A stretch of 64,000 bases of DNA, from assembly GCA_964542585.1 (NCBI GenBank), contig CAZIUI010000015.1, forward strand, positions 1,164 through 65,163, read 5' to 3'. The notes beneath the pieces were generated by a model that saw only the letters and a list, made by a program, of their open reading frames with translations, ran no database searches and had not been told where the DNA came from. The position numbers and the translations under genes were made by a program. Below are positions 1 through 10,351 of the stretch, in pieces. Source of the stretch: an uncultured Sphingobacteriales bacterium. Its GTDB lineage: Bacteria > Bacteroidota > Bacteroidia > CAILMK01 > CAYYUA01. Within the stretch, counting starts at the first letter, position 1. Every line of letters starts with the position of its first letter.

Positions 1-1288
1 AGGGGATAAGTAAAAGGGTTTTACCCCAAATTTCCACCCCCTTAGGTTTGCTAATAAAACGGGGGTTCCAACGATTTTGGTTTAGCTTAGGAGCCCAACA
101 AACAGCTACACTAACCCGTCCGTTGGCACGAGTCAGCAAAACAGATTAACGCCTTTAAATGTCTGAAGAATGGCTTTCCGTAATTTCCCTAAAAGTCGGC
201 AACCCCGATCAAAGAGCTTCAGTCTTGGCATTGGCAAACCGGCCAGCCCCGGATAGATGCATCTATTCCCTGTGATCACCCAATAGGGACAAATGAAATA
301 AGCTTCAGGGGCTTTAGTTCATTACGTATGAAACCAGAAAAAAAGTACTTGGAGTTACTAAGTACTCTTAATTAAGGGAATTACTTTACATAGGTTCTAA
401 ATGTAAACCTTGAAGATGTGCATAATTACAGGGCACTTGTTGCCGTCCCAATAACTGTTCAAGGCTTTTTTGACCTTTTATGAGGTAATGAGGTATAACC
501 TTTTCACACACTCTTATTGCTTCTACGTTTATGATTTACCAACTGCATTGTCCTACATCTTAGGCAATACCAAAAAGAAATAAAAATTCTTAAAGCCCAG
601 CCATCAATAGATCTGGTTTTTCCCTATATGTATTGGAACACAAATACATATGACGGTTCAACTTTATGTATACACAGCACACTCCGCGATCTAGTTGCAG
701 TCTAAAAGAACCTGAGCAATGCAGCACTGGTTTACCTATTTCATCCGCTTAATGGCTGATGGTAAGCAGCAGGAAGAGCGGGTGATCAAAGCCAAGTAAC
801 CCGTCAAGTTATGACCTTGCCTCCGTCAATAGGCTGGCGGTCTACGGGGAGGATTTGTCATTCACTCGGCCAAAAACGAATACAATTGTATGGACAAAGC
901 GGCTACTTTGCTTTACCAGTTTTCAAAGTCTTTCATGCTTAAATCGGGAACGACCAATTTCAACTTTTTTAGCCTGCTTCGCCCTGGACCAATGATCTAT
1001 TCCTCATCCGTTATCCCCAACCCTTCGGTTTATTCTTTCCCAAGCCAGGAATAGGGGCACTAAATTGGCATTAAGCTTCAAAGCTCTGACGGCCACTGCC
1101 TTAAGGAGCATTTGTAACAATGGCAGTTGCCCCATCTTACTTAAAAGGCGTCCCAAGGCAACCCAAAGCCTGGGATGGCCGTCTTGATAGGTAGCGGCCA
1201 CAAAATGGCTACCTTTTAAGCCTTTATTGATGGAAGTCTTTTTAGTTGAATCGCCTTTAAAGTCATTTCGTAAAATAACAATCGGCCT

Positions 1289-4200
1289 TTGACCAAATAC
1301 AAGAATCGGAAAAAAGCCTCCAGTGTTAGCAACCTCTTTTTAGCATTACCTAAGGTTCCAGGTGGCATCCTGACCATTGGCCTGGCATTGGGTTGTTTAT
1401 TGTTAGGGCCATCCCCTAGCCGAGGGCAAAACTGTCAAACAAAAGTAGCTGCTTACAACCACCGGAATGGGCCGGACTCGGTTAATACCAATTTATCGCT
1501 CAGGCAATGGCACCATGTAGCCATCACGAAATCCGGAACCGTTGGTAGGCTTTTCATTGATGGGCAACAAATTGTAAAAGGGAACTGGGCTAACGTTAAT
1601 TATGACTGGAACAACCTGTTCCTTGGTGCTAAAAAAGGGAATGGCTGGACTAAACATCTAAACGGATCCATTGATGAATTGCGGGTCTCGGATACCGTGA
1701 GGAAAGCCGCTGCCATCATCAAGGGCTACCAGGCCAACAGGCCGTTCCAGGTAGACAGCGCAACTGTTGGCTTATGGCATTTTGATTCCAGTGCCTCCAA
1801 TCATTTTTACAATGCTGCCAGCACCCCGCTCAGCGATAGCGCTGGTGAGTTGATCAATGGGGCAGCCCTTCAACCAGGTAAGTTTAAAAAATCAGTGTCC
1901 TTTGATGGAGTTAACGATAGAGCTGCTTGTCATTTCAATATGCCGGAAAACCATTTTACCATTGAATTTTGGGTGAAGTTAAATTTGACCAATGGAGCCG
2001 CTGAAGGATGTATGCTTCAGCCTTTTGGCGCCTTCAGTGCTCAGGTTACCGCTACTCAAAAACTCCTTAATGTAAAGCCGTCCGCTGATTTTACCGTCAA
2101 ATCAGACTCCGCTCAGTGTTTAACCAATAACCAGTTCAAAGTCGCCAATCAGAGTTCCGTAGCTCAGGGAAGCCTAACGTATCAGTGGGATTTTGGAGAT
2201 GGGACGACTGCAAGTTCGCCTTCTCCCAAGCACAGCTACGATAGTGCCGGGTTTTACCAAATTCAATTAGTGGCTACTTCGGATAGGGGATGCAGGGATA
2301 CGATTAGCCGTGGGGTCACTGTAGAACCCAAGCCAAATGCTGCCTTTGGGATCAATGATCCCGGCCAGTGTTTAGATAGTAACCAGTTTAACTTCACGAT
2401 TGACACCTCAGGGAAAGTGCGACAGCTTTATTTTGAAGATTTTGAAGGCAGCGATTCAGGCTGGTACACTTACACGGCCTGTACCGGAGGCTGTCCCAAT
2501 GGCGGGCCCACTGCCCCAAGAACTGTTACCACTGATGCCACCGATGAAGTATACCGGGGCGGGGAAGCGCTGAAAGCCCAACATCCATTAAATGGGGCCT
2601 GTGGCACGGTTGGCTTGGCTTATGATTTTGATTTTGCCATTCAGCCGGATTCTATTGTTCTGTATTTAAATTATGAGCAGGATGCGTTTGGTAACAATGA
2701 GGTGGTTATCAAGGATGATGATTCATCTACGCACCATGTGGTCTTCACCCGTAGTCCGTTAAGTACGCCACTTGATAAAGGCTACCGGCGGTTGGTGATT
2801 GATACGGTCAGTGATTTCAGTAAAGACTTCACGCTGATCATAGGTAATAAGGACGAGAACAGTAGCTATTGCGATTTTTTAGATCACGGTTGGACCACCC
2901 GCGCTGATAACATTGCCGTATATGGTACTAAACAGCTTTTAAGCAATTTGAGCTACCAATGGCACTTTGGGGATGATAGCACTTCCACCAAAGCTTCGCC
3001 ATCACACAGTTATGCACGGGATAGTCTCTACAGGTCAGAACTGATTGTAAGTTCCGATAAAGGCTGCAAGGATACCACGGATAAGACCATGGCCGTTCAT
3101 CCCGAGCCCACTGCCCGGTTTGCAGTTCAGGATACGTGTCAGCCCAATCCCCTTGATTTTAGTAACCAAAGCACAGTAAATACCGGAACGATAGCAGCTT
3201 ATAAATGGGACTTTGGTGATGATAGTACAAGTTCTGCTACCACTCCGGTTTACCGGTATGACAGTTTTGGCCGCTACGAAGTAAGGCTAACAGCGGTGAC
3301 GGGTAAAGGCTGCCGGGATGCTAGTACCCAATCCGTTGAAGTTTTTCCCAAGCCCATCGCTGGGTTTAGTACTACTGACGTCTGCCGTGTTGAACGAGCT
3401 CACTTCAAGGATAGCTCTAAAATGCCGCAGGCTTCCCTTCAGCAATGGGATTGGCAACTCGGGGATAGCACTAACAGATCCGGGGCTACAGTTAAGCACA
3501 CCTACCATGCCGCGGATACCTATGATGTCCAGCTAACGGTTACAAGCACGGATAATTGTCAAGACACAGCAGTCAAGCCGCTAACCGTCTATCCAATGCC
3601 GGAAAGCCGTTTTGTCACCAATGATACTGCCCAGTGCCGGGAGAACGCGTTTTTTACCTTCACCAACAAGAGCCGGATCCCCAGGGGCACCCTAACCTAT
3701 CGTTGGGAAAGTGTTCGTCTTAGCGGCTCGCCCAATTCAGACAGTGCATTTTCCCGGAATTACGAACGGGCTCTTAAGGATACCGGGGATTACAGGGTCA
3801 AGCTCAAAACAACCTCTGATTTTGGCTGTGTGGCCACTGATAGTCAGTTAGTAGCAGTTCATCCGGATCCTGTAGCCAATTTTTCGGTCAGGAAGGGTTG
3901 TATCAATGCTGCCCTTCAGGTTAGGGATGAGAGCACAACAGCAGCTGGTGTAGTAGATAGCTGGCAGTGGCGAATGGGTAATGGTGCTTTTAAGACCGCA
4001 CAAAACCCTGCGGCTAAGTATGATACCGGCGGCATTTACAACATTCAGCTTGTGGCCACCACCAATTACGGCTGTCATGATACGGCCCAGCAGGCCAACC
4101 GTATTTACGGCACCCCGAAAAGCGCTACTGTAAAGCGGGTGTTAGTAGTACAGGACTCCTTTAACCGCATTGAATGGTCGCCCTCGCCAAGCCCTAATCC

Positions 4201-4930
4201 CGGCGCTTACAAGCTATACCGTTCCACCAATTCACCTGTTGAAAGGGATCGCCTGGTTGGTTCATACCGGAGCAGTGATACGGTTATAAAGGACCATAAT
4301 GTGCGGGTAGATTCGCAGGACTATTACTACACGCTGGCATTTCAGGATAGCTGCGGATTAAAATATCCGCATCTCACGTATGGCCGCACCATTCATTTGA
4401 ATGCAGCAAACCATCAATCCTATCCTCAATTATCCTTTAATCCTTATGAGGGCTGGGCACCTGGCGTGCAGCATTACCAGGTGCAATGGAGAACAACCAA
4501 TGATAATGGCTACCAGGCGGTTGGTACCACGGATACTACTTTTTTCATCGACAGCCAGACCCGCAAGCAGGAAAATCCCTATTGCTACCGCGTTGTGGGC
4601 TATAAAGCAGGTTCAGCCTCTGTAAGCAGTGTATCCAATGAGCGCTGTCTCAATACTGAGTCAGCCATCTTTATCCCCGATGCCTTCACCCCAAATGGAG
4701 ACCATAACAACGACCTTTTCCGGCCGAAAGGAAGCTATGTGCTGGATTACGCGATCAAGATCTATAACCGTTGGGGTGAACTGGTTTTTGAAAGCAACAA
4801 CCGCCAGAAGCCCTGGGACGGCCGAAAAAATGGACAACTGGCACCTGAGGGTATTTATCAGTATGTCATCCGCGTACAAGGAACGGAAGGCCTGATCAGC
4901 AAAACAGGCTCTGTCACTCTGATCCGCTGA
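1289..4930 (+). CDS. Giant secreted adhesin-like protein: N-terminal LamG/concanavalin-like domain, about six PKD repeats (WDFGDG/WHFGDD/WQLGD motifs), FN3-like region, C-terminal T9SS type-B (gliding-motility) CTD
   Basis: 1213-aa ORF with signal-like N-terminus. LamG pattern LRQWHHVAITKS..GRLFIDGQ..IDELRVSD. Repeated xYxWDFGDGxxS...HxY...G.Y.V.L PKD signatures. C-terminal FIPDAFTPNGDHNNDLFRPKG...YNRWGELVFES...WDG matches the CHU_C/T9SS type-B sorting domain. Confidence 0.8.
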   Translation: MTKYKNRKKASSVSNLFLALPKVPGGILTIGLALGCLLLGPSPSRGQNCQTKVAAYNHRNGPDSVNTNLSLRQWHHVAITKSGTVGRLFIDGQQIVKGNWANVNYDWNNLFLGAKKGNGWTKHLNGSIDELRVSDTVRKAAAIIKGYQANRPFQVDSATVGLWHFDSSASNHFYNAASTPLSDSAGELINGAALQPGKFKKSVSFDGVNDRAACHFNMPENHFTIEFWVKLNLTNGAAEGCMLQPFGAFSAQVTATQKLLNVKPSADFTVKSDSAQCLTNNQFKVANQSSVAQGSLTYQWDFGDGTTASSPSPKHSYDSAGFYQIQLVATSDRGCRDTISRGVTVEPKPNAAFGINDPGQCLDSNQFNFTIDTSGKVRQLYFEDFEGSDSGWYTYTACTGGCPNGGPTAPRTVTTDATDEVYRGGEALKAQHPLNGACGTVGLAYDFDFAIQPDSIVLYLNYEQDAFGNNEVVIKDDDSSTHHVVFTRSPLSTPLDKGYRRLVIDTVSDFSKDFTLIIGNKDENSSYCDFLDHGWTTRADNIAVYGTKQLLSNLSYQWHFGDDSTSTKASPSHSYARDSLYRSELIVSSDKGCKDTTDKTMAVHPEPTARFAVQDTCQPNPLDFSNQSTVNTGTIAAYKWDFGDDSTSSATTPVYRYDSFGRYEVRLTAVTGKGCRDASTQSVEVFPKPIAGFSTTDVCRVERAHFKDSSKMPQASLQQWDWQLGDSTNRSGATVKHTYHAADTYDVQLTVTSTDNCQDTAVKPLTVYPMPESRFVTNDTAQCRENAFFTFTNKSRIPRGTLTYRWESVRLSGSPNSDSAFSRNYERALKDTGDYRVKLKTTSDFGCVATDSQLVAVHPDPVANFSVRKGCINAALQVRDESTTAAGVVDSWQWRMGNGAFKTAQNPAAKYDTGGIYNIQLVATTNYGCHDTAQQANRIYGTPKSATVKRVLVVQDSFNRIEWSPSPSPNPGAYKLYRSTNSPVERDRLVGSYRSSDTVIKDHNVRVDSQDYYYTLAFQDSCGLKYPHLTYGRTIHLNAANHQSYPQLSFNPYEGWAPGVQHYQVQWRTTNDNGYQAVGTTDTTFFIDSQTRKQENPYCYRVVGYKAGSASVSSVSNERCLNTESAIFIPDAFTPNGDHNNDLFRPKGSYVLDYAIKIYNRWGELVFESNNRQKPWDGRKNGQLAPEGIYQYVIRVQGTEGLISKTGSVTLIR

Positions 4931-5055
4931 TGTAACCATGCTCAGGTTTGAGATAAAAAATGGCACGGCATCTGGCATGCTATCAAGCATCCTTATCCTT
5001 AGGTATTCAAAGTCCCGGGCTTAAAACACGGGGCTTAGAATGGCTAAGAATAGGG

Positions 5056-8000
5056 TCAAGGAATGATGACGATTTCCCGTTTGTAAATGCTGTTCCCGGT
5101 TCGAACTTGAAGGATATAAATACCGGGATTACTCGCCATTTGTAGTTGCATTTCGTGCTCACCTGCTAGCTGATCAGGAAAGGTTTGGTTCAACTGTTGC
5201 CGGCCATCAAGGCTGAGCACCTGGACTTGTACATCCTGCTTAGCTGGCAGGGTATAGGTTAAATTTAGGGGATCTGAGGCCCTGACAGGGGTCGGATACA
5301 CATTTATTGCTTGCTCATCCGGCGCCTTGATTTTGATAGTTTCCTGGTGTGTAAGCTCACAACCCGGGCCCATAGAAGCTTTCAATTTGACCTGATAGGT
5401 CCCTGGCTGTTGATAGGTGTGCTTCACCTTCATGGCTTGGCTACTAGCCCCATCGCCTAATTGCCAATGAAACCGTTCTGCTTTGGAATTCCCAAAAAAA
5501 CTGACGGTATTACGCCTTATCCTTTGGATGGTGAAATCCGGATCAAAACCCGGTCTTACCTTCACATTTTTGGAAGTGCTGGCTTGGCATTCTTTGCTAG
5601 AAGTGGCCTTAAGACGGACTTTGTAGAGGCCACCTGATGGAAACGAAACTTTCGCTTGACGTCCGTTTTGCGAGCTCAGGCCTTCCGGTTGCCAGGTAAA
5701 ACGGCTTATTGTTCCATCCTTGACGGATGCTTGAGCTTCTAGCGACAGCGGCTCTCCCGCACAAACCGTATCGGCTGAAAAGCTGACCTCAGGTTTATCT
5801 TGAACGTTGACTTGTACAGTTGTATAAGCACTCTGACAGCTATCAGGATGGTTATAAGCGCTTACGTAGTAGGTCTTATCTTTATCAGGCAAGACTTTCA
5901 TATCAACACTACCTTCGGCCACTAGCATAGTATCCGGTGCTGAATACCAGTTGACTGCATTGGCAGAAGTCTCTGCAGTAAGCTGCACTAACCTTTCTCC
6001 CCGGCAGATAGACTGATCGTTCACCTTTGGTGTGGCTGGCCGGTTAGCCAGGTAAAAGGAATGGGTTAAGCGGTTATTGTTCGGATTTTGATCCTGCTGC
6101 CAGTTAGCCCAAGCCTGCACCTGATTGGTTTGCCCTTCCAGGAATTCAGCCCGTCTCAAGGGCTTTTCCAGAACATGGGTAAGGGTATCGGTGGGCCCAA
6201 GCTTTTGTGTGAGTTGGTAGGCCTGTTCAATAGGGATCTTGCTGTTAACCTGATAGTTCAAGGTCAATTTAGTACCAGCCGGGATGGTATCGTGACCGTA
6301 GTTCATCAGCTTCAGGGTCAGCGGATCATCTCCTGAGGCCTCACACTGACCAATAGGCCTGGAAACACGCAAAGCCCTGAGATCCCGGGCATCTGTGCGC
6401 GTGGTGAAGGTTATAGGGCCTCTCAAGCTGCCCGTATCGTTGTTGCCACAAACCTCCCGTGTGTAAACTTCGTAGGTCTTTCCGGGTTGCAGGCCGCTGA
6501 TTCGGTGATTCCCTTTTGCAGCACTTAGCCGCTTACTGCTTTTCAAAGGGTTAAAATTCCTAGCACCCCAAATTACACGGGTCTTTTTGGTATTAACCGC
6601 GTTGTTCCATTTCAGCATCGCTGAAGTGTCCAGTACATGATCAACCCTATGCCGGGGATCAGGGACTTCGATCACCTTTGCCATGGTATCATTGCTCCTG
6701 AATTGATCAGCGGACCAGCTTAGCCAGGTTTTGATGGGGTAGGTGGTATCCTGAGCGTCCATAGCCATAGAGGTCGGGAAGGTCATTTGAAGCGTATCCC
6801 CGGGCTCCAATCGCTCATTGGTAGTAATCGACTTTGAAGAGAACGTCCGGTTATTCATTTTGTACTGCATCTCAACTGAAGTATTTGCCGGTATGGGCTC
6901 TACACCTGAATTTTCAATGATGACGGATAGCTGTTCCTCTTCAGACAGGCCACAGGCCTGAGAGGGCTGCGCCATTGCGGTGATTGCTAAATCATGTCGA
7001 ACCCTGGTAATACTGATGTTATCAAAAGAACGGCCGGCTGAAGGATGACCGTTAGCCTCATAATTACCCTGTTGTCCGAACCGTACCTGAAAGCTTTTGG
7101 TAAACCGCTGAAAATTGTTCTTTAAATATTTCGTAAGGTTGATGGGGCCCACTTGCCTATACACTCCGCCCGAGCTGTTGGGAAGTTTGTAAACACTTAT
7201 CCAGGAATCGTTTTTACTGCCTCTGATCCACACCTGGTCATTGGGCTTATCCTGTCCACCGTAGCTCCGGTAGTTGAACTCCAGTAGATAGGGCTTACTC
7301 GTGGTATAGTTGGTCATGTTGAGTGTTAGGATCAAATCATTGACGGTAGGGTTGTGGCTAACACGGCTGTCCAATGTTGCGGCCTTATCGCCTTTTTTGG
7401 CATTATTGGCTACATTGCCAAAACGAAGACGTCCATGGGCATTGTCACTGCAGAACTGCCACTGTGCTGGGCTTTGGCAGATCTGCGTTTTTTCAAGGTA
7501 AGTCCCTTTAAAACTGTCGAACCCTTCCCGGTAGGGCAGCACGGCAGGGGGCGTCCGGCAATCGGTTTTAAAGGTTACATGCTTTTTGTAGATACTGGAG
7601 TCGGAATTGCTGCAGATTCCCTGCACATAAGCCTGATAGCGGGTATTAGGCTTGAGATTGTTAACAGTTCCCTGCGTTTTCGAGACCGTGTAAGCCTTTC
7701 CTGCTTGATTGGGGTCAAATCCCAGTGTATCCATTTTTATAAGCCATTGGTCGGCTTTTCCCTGGCTTTGCCAGCTAAGATCTGCTGAAGTGCTACCTAC
7801 GTTTTCAATATTGAATTTAAAAGGCGTCCGGCAAAACGGCAGTTTTTGATACCTGATATTGTCAATACTGACGCCATCGACCCCTCCGTAGTTAACAAAA
7901 CTATCCACAGCCGTAAAGGCTACATGGTTTTGGTCTTGAATAACCGATCCGTCATCCAAGGGTAAATAGAACCGCCGGTATTCGTGAAGGGATTGGTCAG

Positions 8001-10089
8001 GCTTAGGCTCAAAGGTATCAATGATGGTGAAAGTGCTGCGATCATCCGGATCCTTCATAACGCCTGCATAAAGTTTGGTTTTATGCGCATCAAATGCCAC
8101 ATCCAGGCTTAAACCCCTTTTCAGCGTAGGTAAGTCTGTCAGCTCCGGCGAGATCAGCAAGGGTTTAGGATCATCATTACGTTCATGATAAAAGTATTGC
8201 CCATATTCAATCTCAACGCTGTTGTTGTGCTTGGCACCGGATTTGGCACCAACTGCGTTTAATTCAATTTTATGAGATTCCTTGGTAAGGGTGGTCCAGC
8301 AAAAGCGCCGGTTCCCTAAGGCTTCCCCATACTCCAGTGGCAGACCGTCAAAACCTTCCTGGTAGAAAGCCTGAAAAGGACTACAACGAGTTTGAAAAGC
8401 CGTGCGGAAACTGTAAGCACTGGTATCGCCATTGTCGCAAACGGCCTGGACATAAGCTTCATGGTTCTGATTAGCAGCAAGGCCCTCAAGCAAGGCCTCC
8501 GGCGTTTTCACTGAAACCGTTTTACCAGCTTTAGTGGGATCGAAAGACGGTCGGCCATAATTTACCAGCCATTTACTATCATTATTGGCAGGGGACCACT
8601 TCAGCCGAGCACTATCAGCGCCCAACTTATCTACTCTTAGATTGCGCGGCTTTTGGCAAGCGGGTAAGCGCTCGTAGCGCATATTATCGATGAAAGTGCT
8701 CGTGTGGTCTTTTTTATTTGCTATTACGATATGACGAGCTTGCTGAATGATGCCGATATCATCAAAGTTGACACTATAGGTTTTCCAGGTATTAGTAGGA
8801 TCAGGAAGGCGAGGCCTTAAGGTATCCAGGATCTGAATATAGCCAGTATTTCTAGGATTCGCTAGTATTCCCACATAGAGGGCGTCATCCGGATCATCAA
8901 AGGCTACTTGCATGCGTAGCCGGTTTTGTTGGCTTGCTAGTCCTTTTAAAGGCGGCGATACCAAGAGTTTTTTATCCGATTGATCCAGGCCTGCATAGCT
9001 AAACCTGACCTTGTTAGGAGGCGAAGGTGGCGTGTCCGGTTCGTGCCGGTTAGCTAAGTTAACCAACCGGATGCCACTGTTACCTTTACTTTTAGCTAAC
9101 CAATCAAACCGGCGGCCGAAATCAGCCGAACCATGCTCCGGAGATACGCCATCAAAATTTTGAGCATAAGGAACTTCCTTAGGATTACACCAAGTGTGAA
9201 ATTTGGGCCCTTTACTAGCTTGGCTCGTGTCCCCGTTTGGGCAAACGGACTTGACGGCCATCTGGTAGGTCGTATCTGCCTTCAGCCCTTTGATAGTAGT
9301 ACTTTTACCGCTTAGGCTTTGCGTATGGCCATTGGGTCCTTCGATGGATACGAGAAACGACTGCTTTTTGCTGGTGGCACTTTGCCATCGCATGCTTGCT
9401 GAGGTGGATTTCACTTCAGTAACCAACAAAGCAGTGGGGGCAGGGCAGTTTACATTGGACAGTTGGATGTTATCAATGGCTGCCCCGTCCATGTGAGATG
9501 TGACAAACCCTTCTGTACTGAAGCAAAAGCGGACCCTCAGGTTCTTATTGCTGTATTTTCCAATTAACAGCTCGGCTCTTCCACTGCCATCAGGATTTTG
9601 GACGAATACGGTTTGCCACTGATTGCCATCCCAAACCTGGACCCGGAAAGTGCCCTTATTGCCGGCTGACGCATGCTGCCAGTCAAAAGCCAATTTGAGG
9701 TAAGAGGATCCTAGCGTATTGACCGTATCAGTGACCAGGCAGTGTAAACTATCAGCAGCTTTGTTCGCCCCGCCCACATTCTTCAGGTCGATGGTGGCGA
9801 TGTTGCCTGAAAATCCCTTAGCTTGTTGATTAGGTTGGGCTGGTGGCAGGCTTTGGCAATCAAACGCAAAAACACGTTTATGATCTTGGCAAGTACCGGC
9901 TGCTACCTTTTCCCCTGCTGCATTTAGCACCCAATCCTTGGGCTTTTTACGACTTGAAAAATCTTCCTTGAGGTAGACAGTATTCTGAGCAACGGCAGGG
10001 GCTCCAAGAAGGATCAAAACCAACAAGGTCTTAAAAAGGAGCGTAATATCCTGTTTGTTATAGGATATTAAATAACTCATGAGTATCAA
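5056..10089 (-). CDS. Giant secreted cell-surface protein (1677 aa): FN3-like and MAM-like modules, at least one PKD repeat, C-terminal T9SS type-A sorting domain (Por_Secre_tail)
   Basis: Signal peptide LLVLILLGAPAVAQN. PKD motif FHWQLGDGASSQAMKVKHTYQQPGTYQVKLKA. C-terminus INVYPTPV...LTYTLPAKQDVQVQVLSLDGRQ...PGIYILQVRTGN..YKREIVI is a typical T9SS CTD. Confidence 0.8.
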   Translation of the reverse strand: MILMSYLISYNKQDITLLFKTLLVLILLGAPAVAQNTVYLKEDFSSRKKPKDWVLNAAGEKVAAGTCQDHKRVFAFDCQSLPPAQPNQQAKGFSGNIATIDLKNVGGANKAADSLHCLVTDTVNTLGSSYLKLAFDWQHASAGNKGTFRVQVWDGNQWQTVFVQNPDGSGRAELLIGKYSNKNLRVRFCFSTEGFVTSHMDGAAIDNIQLSNVNCPAPTALLVTEVKSTSASMRWQSATSKKQSFLVSIEGPNGHTQSLSGKSTTIKGLKADTTYQMAVKSVCPNGDTSQASKGPKFHTWCNPKEVPYAQNFDGVSPEHGSADFGRRFDWLAKSKGNSGIRLVNLANRHEPDTPPSPPNKVRFSYAGLDQSDKKLLVSPPLKGLASQQNRLRMQVAFDDPDDALYVGILANPRNTGYIQILDTLRPRLPDPTNTWKTYSVNFDDIGIIQQARHIVIANKKDHTSTFIDNMRYERLPACQKPRNLRVDKLGADSARLKWSPANNDSKWLVNYGRPSFDPTKAGKTVSVKTPEALLEGLAANQNHEAYVQAVCDNGDTSAYSFRTAFQTRCSPFQAFYQEGFDGLPLEYGEALGNRRFCWTTLTKESHKIELNAVGAKSGAKHNNSVEIEYGQYFYHERNDDPKPLLISPELTDLPTLKRGLSLDVAFDAHKTKLYAGVMKDPDDRSTFTIIDTFEPKPDQSLHEYRRFYLPLDDGSVIQDQNHVAFTAVDSFVNYGGVDGVSIDNIRYQKLPFCRTPFKFNIENVGSTSADLSWQSQGKADQWLIKMDTLGFDPNQAGKAYTVSKTQGTVNNLKPNTRYQAYVQGICSNSDSSIYKKHVTFKTDCRTPPAVLPYREGFDSFKGTYLEKTQICQSPAQWQFCSDNAHGRLRFGNVANNAKKGDKAATLDSRVSHNPTVNDLILTLNMTNYTTSKPYLLEFNYRSYGGQDKPNDQVWIRGSKNDSWISVYKLPNSSGGVYRQVGPINLTKYLKNNFQRFTKSFQVRFGQQGNYEANGHPSAGRSFDNISITRVRHDLAITAMAQPSQACGLSEEEQLSVIIENSGVEPIPANTSVEMQYKMNNRTFSSKSITTNERLEPGDTLQMTFPTSMAMDAQDTTYPIKTWLSWSADQFRSNDTMAKVIEVPDPRHRVDHVLDTSAMLKWNNAVNTKKTRVIWGARNFNPLKSSKRLSAAKGNHRISGLQPGKTYEVYTREVCGNNDTGSLRGPITFTTRTDARDLRALRVSRPIGQCEASGDDPLTLKLMNYGHDTIPAGTKLTLNYQVNSKIPIEQAYQLTQKLGPTDTLTHVLEKPLRRAEFLEGQTNQVQAWANWQQDQNPNNNRLTHSFYLANRPATPKVNDQSICRGERLVQLTAETSANAVNWYSAPDTMLVAEGSVDMKVLPDKDKTYYVSAYNHPDSCQSAYTTVQVNVQDKPEVSFSADTVCAGEPLSLEAQASVKDGTISRFTWQPEGLSSQNGRQAKVSFPSGGLYKVRLKATSSKECQASTSKNVKVRPGFDPDFTIQRIRRNTVSFFGNSKAERFHWQLGDGASSQAMKVKHTYQQPGTYQVKLKASMGPGCELTHQETIKIKAPDEQAINVYPTPVRASDPLNLTYTLPAKQDVQVQVLSLDGRQQLNQTFPDQLAGEHEMQLQMASNPGIYILQVRTGNSIYKREIVIIP

Positions 10090-10351
10090 TTTTTGTTAAT
10101 AAAAGTTAATTGTTTTGTGTACGTATTTAAAGGTTTTACGCTTATTACGTCCCATTTTTAGTTAGAGTTGGGTTATTGTTAATCAATTTTTAACCTGCCT
10201 AGATGCCCTTTCAATGAGGGGATCCCTGGATAACCTTTTAAATGCAGTTTTTTCATAGTGTCAGCAATTTGCTAAAAGGGCTGATTTAAAAAGGTACATC
10301 CAAACTAAACTGGTATCGCTAATGGTTCCTGTATAATAGGAAATAAAAAAT

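Noticed and set aside
3287-4990. Several 60-110-aa ORFs (e.g. 3287..3508 -, 3848..4078 -, 4401..4625 +, 4661..4990 -) inside the giant adhesin gene
   Set aside because: They are out-of-frame or antisense to a long CDS that has strong domain signatures. Such ORFs are typical spurious products of a long GC-balanced gene.
4931-5055. Possible bidirectional terminator between the convergent giant adhesin genes
   Set aside because: Only short imperfect inverted repeats were found (GCATGC-type palindromes and a GGGCTTA direct repeat). There is no convincing stem-loop with a U tract.
5090-5115. tRNA T-loop-like string GGTTCGAAC
   Set aside because: It lies inside the 3' end of the 1677-aa CDS. Position 61 does not pair with G53, and there is no surrounding cloverleaf (no acceptor or anticodon stems).
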